This document shows, piece by piece, positions 27,701 through 32,000 of a stretch of 32,000 bases of DNA. The stretch is from Dickeya solani IPO 2222 (GTDB lineage Bacteria; Pseudomonadota; Gammaproteobacteria; Enterobacterales; Enterobacteriaceae): assembly GCF_001644705.1 (NCBI RefSeq), contig NZ_CP015137.1, positions 390,001 through 422,000 of the forward strand. Reading direction: 5' to 3'. Every line of letters begins with the position of its first letter. Position 1 is the first letter of the stretch. The position numbers and the translations under genes are program-made. The notes under the pieces were generated by a model. That model made no database searches and was not told the origin of the DNA. It worked only from the letters and a program-made list of their open reading frames with translations.

Positions 27701-28959
27701 CTCATGACAGAAATCCTTACGGCCGCAGGCCGTATGTCTACTTCAGGAAAAGAAAGACCAAACAAAAGCGACGACGGTGCCGATGGCAGCCTGGCCTCCA
27801 TGGCCGCCAGCAGTTGCGGGCTGTCGCTGACATGACCGAACAGCAGCGCGCCGCATAACCGGTCGTCGCGGAATATCAGGCGGCGATAATGGCCGCCGAG
27901 CGGGTCTGACAGCGAGTGGAGCCGATCGCCCTCCTGCGGGTGCAACTCCCCCGCGCTCACCACGTCAATCCCGGTAACTTTCAGTCGGGTGGCCAGCGCC
28001 GCCGGCGCGTAATCCGCCACAGGTTGCTCCGCCAGCCGGGCGGCCAGCACATCGGCCTGCGCCAGACAGGGGGCTACCAGCCCGACCGTTTCACCCTTCA
28101 CTTCAGCGCACTCGCCGACTGCACTGACGTATTCATCGGCGGTGCGCAACTGGCCGTCCGCCAGAATGCCGCGCCCGCACGCCAGGCCGCTGGCGCGAGC
28201 CAGCTCACATACCGGTTGTACGCCGGTCGCCACCACCACCAGACCGGCGGGCAGGCGCGTGCCGTCAGCCAGTTCGACCGCCTCCACCTGCTCGCCGCCG
28301 GACAATTCATTACCGGACAATTCGTTACCGGATAATGCCTGAATCTGCACGCCGGTCAGGCAACGAATGCCGCGCTCATGCAGCCGGGTGCACAGCAGGT
28401 CGCTGGCGGTGGCGTCAAGCTGACGCTCCATCAGCCGGGCGTGGCGGTGCAGTAGCGTCACCGTGGCGCCTTGCAGGCGCAGCGCGGCGGCGGCTTCAAT
28501 GCCCAGTAATCCGCCGCCGATCACCACCGCCGGCTTTCCCTGCCGCACCGCCGCCCACATCCGCTCGACGTCATCCAGCGTACGAAAGCCCATCACCCCC
28601 GGCAGGTCGATGCCCGGCAGCGGCGGCATAAACGGGCGGGAGCCGGTGGCGAACACCAGTTGGTCATACGCCAGACGACGGCGATCGGTAATCACCTCCC
28701 GCGTGGCTCTGTCGATGCGCAATACCGACTCACCGATCAAGGTGGTCACGTCCATGATTTCCGGCGCTGGTTCTAACTGCGTGTCCTCAAAGGTTTTTTC
28801 TCCCCCCAGCACCGATGAAAGCAACACGCGGTTATAGCTGTCGCGCGGCTCGCGATCGATGACGGTGACGCGGTAGCGTTGCGGTGCCAGTTGCCCCAGT
28901 CTCTTTACCAGCCGAGCGCTGGACAGACCGTTGCCGATAATCACCAGATGCGCGCTCAT
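24787..28959 (-). CDS. nasB: Single 1390-aa ORF fusing a NasC-like NAD(P)H flavin oxidoreductase (aa 1-418) to a NirB-like sirohaem nitrite reductase with a C-terminal NirD/Rieske-like domain (aa 419-1390)
   Basis: Two Rossmann N-termini (VIIGNGLSSARL; VVVGHGMVGHHF). BFD-like ICSCHNVSK..GTGCGGCVP. Sirohaem/4Fe-4S cysteines SCVGSTWCRYG and VSGCTRECAEA. NirD-like tail GWQCVGFLSDIP...VWPVRIVQDRIWV. SD AGGAGG upstream of ATG 28959. An internal ATG at 27705 has its own AAGGA. Confidence 0.85.
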   Translation of the reverse strand: MSAHLVIIGNGLSSARLVKRLGQLAPQRYRVTVIDREPRDSYNRVLLSSVLGGEKTFEDTQLEPAPEIMDVTTLIGESVLRIDRATREVITDRRRLAYDQLVFATGSRPFMPPLPGIDLPGVMGFRTLDDVERMWAAVRQGKPAVVIGGGLLGIEAAAALRLQGATVTLLHRHARLMERQLDATASDLLCTRLHERGIRCLTGVQIQALSGNELSGNELSGGEQVEAVELADGTRLPAGLVVVATGVQPVCELARASGLACGRGILADGQLRTADEYVSAVGECAEVKGETVGLVAPCLAQADVLAARLAEQPVADYAPAALATRLKVTGIDVVSAGELHPQEGDRLHSLSDPLGGHYRRLIFRDDRLCGALLFGHVSDSPQLLAAMEARLPSAPSSLLFGLSFPEVDIRPAAVRISVMSKPVLVVVGHGMVGHHFLEQLVERSLHQQYHVVVFGEERHPAYDRVHLSEYFAGRSAESLSMVSEGFFEQTGIELRTGCQVMTIDRQRRCVRDASGQETPYDRLVLATGSYPFVPSMAGNDRPGCLVYRTLDDLDAIAAEARESRSGVVVGGGLLGLEAANALRQLGLETHVVEFAPRLMAVQLDGGGAQLLKRKIEALGLHVHTGKETRAITAGEQARHRMNFADGTSLETDLILFSAGIRPRVRLASEAGLEIGVRGGIVIDDHCQTSDDAIFAIGECAVWQGQIFGLVAPGYQMARTVAARLAQQEQSFIGADMSTKLKLLGVDVASIGDAHGNTEGSLSYQWNDEPNQVYKKIIVSADGKRLLGAVLVGDSSDYSTLLQMKLNDMTLPAHPESLILPALDGAAPKGLGVAALPDSAQICSCHNVSKADICAAVDNGCTDLASLKACTKAGTGCGGCVPLLKQVMEYQLQQSGIEVKKDICEHFAYSRQELYHLIRVNRIRSFDELIARHGHGLGCEICKPLAGSMLASCWNDYVLKPEHVPLQDTNDRFLANIQKDGTYSVVPRIPGGEITPQGLIAIGQVAERYHLYTKITGGQRVDLFGARLEQLPAIWQELIDAGFETGHAYGKSLRTVKSCVGSTWCRYGVQDSTTLAIALEHRYKGLRSPHKLKMAVSGCTRECAEAQGKDIGVIATDKGWNLYVCGNGGMKPRHADLFASDLDTDTLFQLIDRLLMFYIRTGDRLQRTSVWLDNLEGGIDYLRQVVIDDSLGIAEELENEMRHVIDSYQCEWQTTLGHDEHRALFRAFLNSDTPDEAVVMVPERGQPRPARLEEKTAAASDAPGAEGWQCVGFLSDIPANAGMAARVGHQQVALFHLPAAQPGQAGHVFALDNQEPGSGANVLSRGLVGDVAGEPVVISPLYKKRLRLRDGVSPDDSQLRVRVWPVRIVQDRIWVANEPMAVVAADMAEAL
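28297..28335. repeat. In-frame 15-bp tandem repeat inside the NasC-like part (peptide LSGNE x2 plus a partial unit)
   Basis: The minus strand reads ttatccggtaacgaa / ttgtccggtaatgaa / ttgtccggc, encoding ALSGNELSGNELSGGE. Confidence 0.85.
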
Positions 28960-28971
28960 CGCTTCCTCCTG

Positions 28972-29766
28972 TCAGGCCGCGTGCGGCTGCTTCTCATACA
29001 GGAAATGCAGCACCTGCTGGCGGTACTGGTGATAACGCGGGTCATCCGCCAACGCCACGCGGGAGCGCGGACGTTCCAGCACCACCGTCATGATCTCGCC
29101 CACCGTGGCCGCCGGACCGTTGGTCATCATCAGCACCCGGTCGGAGAGCAACACCGCTTCATCCACGTCATGGGTTATCAGCACGATGGTGGTGTTCAGC
29201 CGCTGCTGAATTTCCATCACCGCGTCCTGCAAATGGGCGCGGGTCAGCGCGTCCAGCGCGCCGAACGGTTCGTCCATCAGCAGCACCTTGGGTTTCATCG
29301 CCAGCGCGCGGGCAATACCCACCCGCTGCTTCATGCCGCCGGAAATCTCGTGCGGGCGCTTGTTCAGGGCGTGCCCCATGTGCACCAGTTCCAGGTTATG
29401 GACAATCCACTCGTGCATTTCCGCTTTACCCATCCGGCCGCGGAATACCTGTTTCACCGCCAGCGCCACGTTGTCGTAAGTGGTGAGCCACGGCAGCAGC
29501 GAATGGTTCTGGAACACCACCGCCCGCTCCGGCCCCGGACCGTCAATTTCGCGGTTGTCGCACAGCAGGCCGCCGCTGGTCGGCAGCGTCAGCCCGGCAA
29601 TCAGGTTGAGCAGCGTCGATTTGCCGCAGCCGGAATGCCCGATCAGACTCAGGGTTTCCCCGGTATGGATATCAAAACTCACGTTATCGAGCGCCACGAA
29701 CGAGCCGCTGGCGGTGGAAAAACGCTGACTGACCTGCTGAATACGAATAATCGGTTGATCGCGCAT
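28972..29766 (-). CDS. nasD: Nitrate/nitrite ABC transporter ATP-binding protein
   Basis: 264 aa from ATG 29766 (TAAGGAGAAACGTATG, where TAA is the nasE stop). Walker A GHSGCGKST, signature ISGGMKQRVGIARA, Walker B LLMDEPFGALD. The track start at 29790 is less likely. Confidence 0.92.
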   Translation of the reverse strand: MRDQPIIRIQQVSQRFSTASGSFVALDNVSFDIHTGETLSLIGHSGCGKSTLLNLIAGLTLPTSGGLLCDNREIDGPGPERAVVFQNHSLLPWLTTYDNVALAVKQVFRGRMGKAEMHEWIVHNLELVHMGHALNKRPHEISGGMKQRVGIARALAMKPKVLLMDEPFGALDALTRAHLQDAVMEIQQRLNTTIVLITHDVDEAVLLSDRVLMMTNGPAATVGEIMTVVLERPRSRVALADDPRYHQYRQQVLHFLYEKQPHAA

Positions 29767-29776
29767 ACGTTTCTCC

Positions 29777-30754
29777 TTAACGGGTTTCATAGCTGAAGCG
29801 TTTGGCCAGCAACATCAGCCCTTGCTCAAGTAACAGCCCGACCACGCCAATCACCAGAATGGCGATGATGATGTTGGGCACATTAAGGTTGTTCCACTCG
29901 TTCCAGATCCAGAAGCCAATACCGATGCCGCCGGTCAGCATTTCCGCCGCCACGATCACCAGCCAGGCGATGCCGATCGACAACCGTACCCCGGTCAGCA
30001 CGCTCGGCAGCACCGCCGGCAGCAGGATCTTCCGCATGATGGTGAATTCGGACAGCTTCAGCACCCGCGCCACATTGAGGTAATCCTGCGGAATCTGGCG
30101 CACCCCTTCGGCGGTATTGAGGATCATCGGCCAGATGGAGCAGATAAAAATGGTCCAGTTGGAAGCCGGCTCGGCGCGCTGGAACAGCAGCAGGCCGATG
30201 GGCAGCCACGCCAGCGGGCTGACCGGACGCAACAGCGAAATAATCGGGTTGAACATCGCCGCCATAAACCGGAAGCGGCCAATCAGGAAACCGGCGGGAA
30301 TCCCCACCAGCGCCGCCAGCCCGAAACCGATGCCGACGCGTTCCAGCGACGCCAGCACGTTCCAGCCGATGCCCTGATCGTTAGGACCGGCCACGTAAAA
30401 GGGGTCGGCAAAAATGCTCTGCGCCGCCAGCCAGGTCTGCCACGGCGTCGGGAAACCTTTACTGCTCAGCGCCGCCACCTGCCAGACCGCCAGCAGCAGA
30501 ATCATGCCGACGCCGCCCGGCAACAGCCGGGACAGCCACTGGCTCAGGCGCGGCCGCCAGACGGCGCGCGACGATGTGACAGTCGGCGCTGGCGCAGCCA
30601 CGCCGGCGATTTCAGGTAAGGCGACAACAGTCGCGTCGGTCGCAACAGCGCGATGGTCGGGCGTATCAGTATGGTAGTCCGGTGTATCAGTATGGTAGTC
30701 CGGCGTATCAGTCGACTCCGGCACGATCGAAAGAATTTGGGCTTGCGTTTTCAT
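29777..30754 (-). CDS. nasE: Nitrate/nitrite ABC transporter permease with an N-terminal repeat-containing extension
   Basis: 325 aa. NrtB-type permease core (..PFYVAGPNDQGIGWNVLASLERV.., EAA-loop region NTAEGVRQIPQDYLNVARVLKLS). SD GGAGAG. Confidence 0.92.
   Translation of the reverse strand: MKTQAQILSIVPESTDTPDYHTDTPDYHTDTPDHRAVATDATVVALPEIAGVAAPAPTVTSSRAVWRPRLSQWLSRLLPGGVGMILLLAVWQVAALSSKGFPTPWQTWLAAQSIFADPFYVAGPNDQGIGWNVLASLERVGIGFGLAALVGIPAGFLIGRFRFMAAMFNPIISLLRPVSPLAWLPIGLLLFQRAEPASNWTIFICSIWPMILNTAEGVRQIPQDYLNVARVLKLSEFTIMRKILLPAVLPSVLTGVRLSIGIAWLVIVAAEMLTGGIGIGFWIWNEWNNLNVPNIIIAILVIGVVGLLLEQGLMLLAKRFSYETR
30653..30712. repeat. In-frame 21-bp tandem repeat in the nasE 5' region (peptide TDTPDYH x2 plus TDTPDH)
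   Basis: The minus strand reads actgatacgccggactaccat / actgatacaccggactaccat / actgatacgcccgaccat. Confidence 0.9.
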
Positions 30755-30766
30755 GGGCGCTCTCCG

Positions 30767-31999
30767 TTACTTTTTCACGCTGAAGCTGTTGGCATAACCG
30801 ACCGGATCGCTGCCGTCCCAACGCTTGCCGTCAATCAATACGCTGCTGCGCATCTCGCCGGACGGCAGCGGCACGTTGCCGACCGCGCTGGCCGCCTGTT
30901 TGTAGATATCGATGCGGTTGACCTGGCGGGCCACCGCCTGATAGTCCGGCTCCTGCGCCAGCAGACCCCAGCGTTTGTGCTGGGTGAGGAACCACATCCC
31001 GTCCGACAGGTACGGAAAGTTCACTTCGCCGTCGTGGTAGAAGCGCATGGCGTGCGCGTCCTGCCAGCGCTTGCCCGCGCCGTTGTCGTACTGCCCCAGC
31101 ATACGCCCGACAATCGTCTCCTCCTGGGTGTTGACGTATGCGCGCCCGGCGATGACACGGGCGGTTTCGCGCCGGTTGTCGTCCGAGCTGTCGATCCAGC
31201 GCGAAGCGTCCAGCACCGCCGCCGTCAGCGCGCGGGCGGTATTGGGGTTAGCGTTAACCCATTCGGCGGTGGTGCCGAGGACCTTCTCCGGATGATCCGG
31301 CCAGATATCCTGCGACGTGGCGGCGGTAAAACCGAGACCGTCGGTAATGGCGCGCTGGTTCCAGGGCTCGCCGACGCAGAAACCGCTCATGTTGCCGATC
31401 TTCATGTTCACCACCATCTGCGGCGGCGGCACCACGACGGTGCGCACATCGTCAAACGGATTGATGCCGGCCGCGCCCAGCCAGTAATAGAGCCACATGG
31501 CGTGAGTACCGGTGGGAAACGTCTGGGCGAAGGTGTAAGTCCCCGCCGGACTGGCCGCAATAAACCGCTTCAGGCTGGCGGCATCGGTCACGCCTGCTTC
31601 GCGCAGCTTATTGGACAGAGTGATCGCCTGACCGTTGTTGTTGAGGGTCATCAGCGCCGCCATATTGTGCTGCGGCCCCGACGCGCCGGCTTGCAAGCCA
31701 TAAAGCAGCCCGTAGAGCACGTGGGCCGCGTCCAGTTCGCCGGACACCAGTTTGTCGCGCACCGCGGCCCAACTCGCTTCCTTACTCGGCACGATGGTGA
31801 TGCCGTATTTCTTGTCAAAGCCTTTTACCGATGCCATCACCACCGATGCGCAGTCGGTCAGCGGAATAAAGCCGATGCGCACCTCTTTTTTCTCGGGGGC
31901 ATCGGAACCGGCCGCCCAGGCGCGATTCATTATTCCCGGCAGCAGCATGGCGCCGCCCAGTGCGGCGCTCCCCACCAAAAACTGGCGACGGGAAAACAC
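30767..31999 (-). CDS. nasF: Nitrate/nitrite ABC transporter periplasmic binding protein (Tat-exported). The 5' end is at or beyond the window edge.
   Basis: At least 410 aa. Twin-arginine motif SRRQFLVGSAALGGAMLL..AWA. NrtA/NMT1-like body. The ORF opens with GTG at 31999, and the true start may lie outside the window. Confidence 0.88.
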   Translation of the reverse strand: MFSRRQFLVGSAALGGAMLLPGIMNRAWAAGSDAPEKKEVRIGFIPLTDCASVVMASVKGFDKKYGITIVPSKEASWAAVRDKLVSGELDAAHVLYGLLYGLQAGASGPQHNMAALMTLNNNGQAITLSNKLREAGVTDAASLKRFIAASPAGTYTFAQTFPTGTHAMWLYYWLGAAGINPFDDVRTVVVPPPQMVVNMKIGNMSGFCVGEPWNQRAITDGLGFTAATSQDIWPDHPEKVLGTTAEWVNANPNTARALTAAVLDASRWIDSSDDNRRETARVIAGRAYVNTQEETIVGRMLGQYDNGAGKRWQDAHAMRFYHDGEVNFPYLSDGMWFLTQHKRWGLLAQEPDYQAVARQVNRIDIYKQAASAVGNVPLPSGEMRSSVLIDGKRWDGSDPVGYANSFSVKK

Positions 32000-32000
32000 G

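Overview
This is an enterobacterial chromosomal window. The gene content and protein sequences look Pectobacteriaceae-like (Dickeya, Pectobacterium or Brenneria type), but that placement is inference only. It has three parts.

(1) 1-8760 is a rearranged version of the classical pgsA-uvrC-uvrY-yecF neighbourhood. It starts with an AT-rich islet holding an enlarged ERIC/IRU repeat and a small membrane protein. It also carries tRNA-Gly(GCC), tRNA-Lys(CUU), cycA, a truncated nac gene that keeps an intact sigma-54/NtrC control region, and tRNA-Asn(GUU).

(2) 8760-21240 is a mixed accessory and metabolic stretch. It encodes an orphan RhlB-like GT1 glycosyltransferase, gamma-glutamyltranspeptidase, a chemoreceptor, an MccF-like S66 LD-carboxypeptidase and a GcvA-type LysR regulator. 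It also encodes a YbdL-like aminotransferase, a basic-amino-acid binding protein, an uncharacterised secreted 383-aa protein and an FMN reductase.

(3) 21284-32000 is a complete minus-strand nitrate assimilation operon, nasF-E-D-(C::B)-A-cobA. In it the NasC-like flavoprotein and the NirB+NirD-like nitrite reductase are read as one 1390-aa ORF.

I found no CRISPR array, integrase, transposase, recognisable defence system or toxin-antitoxin pair. I cannot honestly point to a clearly novel multi-gene system. The most unusual items are:
- the NtrC/sigma-54-driven HTH-only mini-Nac
- the NasC::NasB fusion with a palindromic linker
- several in-frame or stop-codon-bearing short tandem repeats
- the orphan RhlB-like glycosyltransferase
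- the uncharacterised secreted protein

All homology statements come from my recollection of reference protein sequences and motifs, not from database searches.
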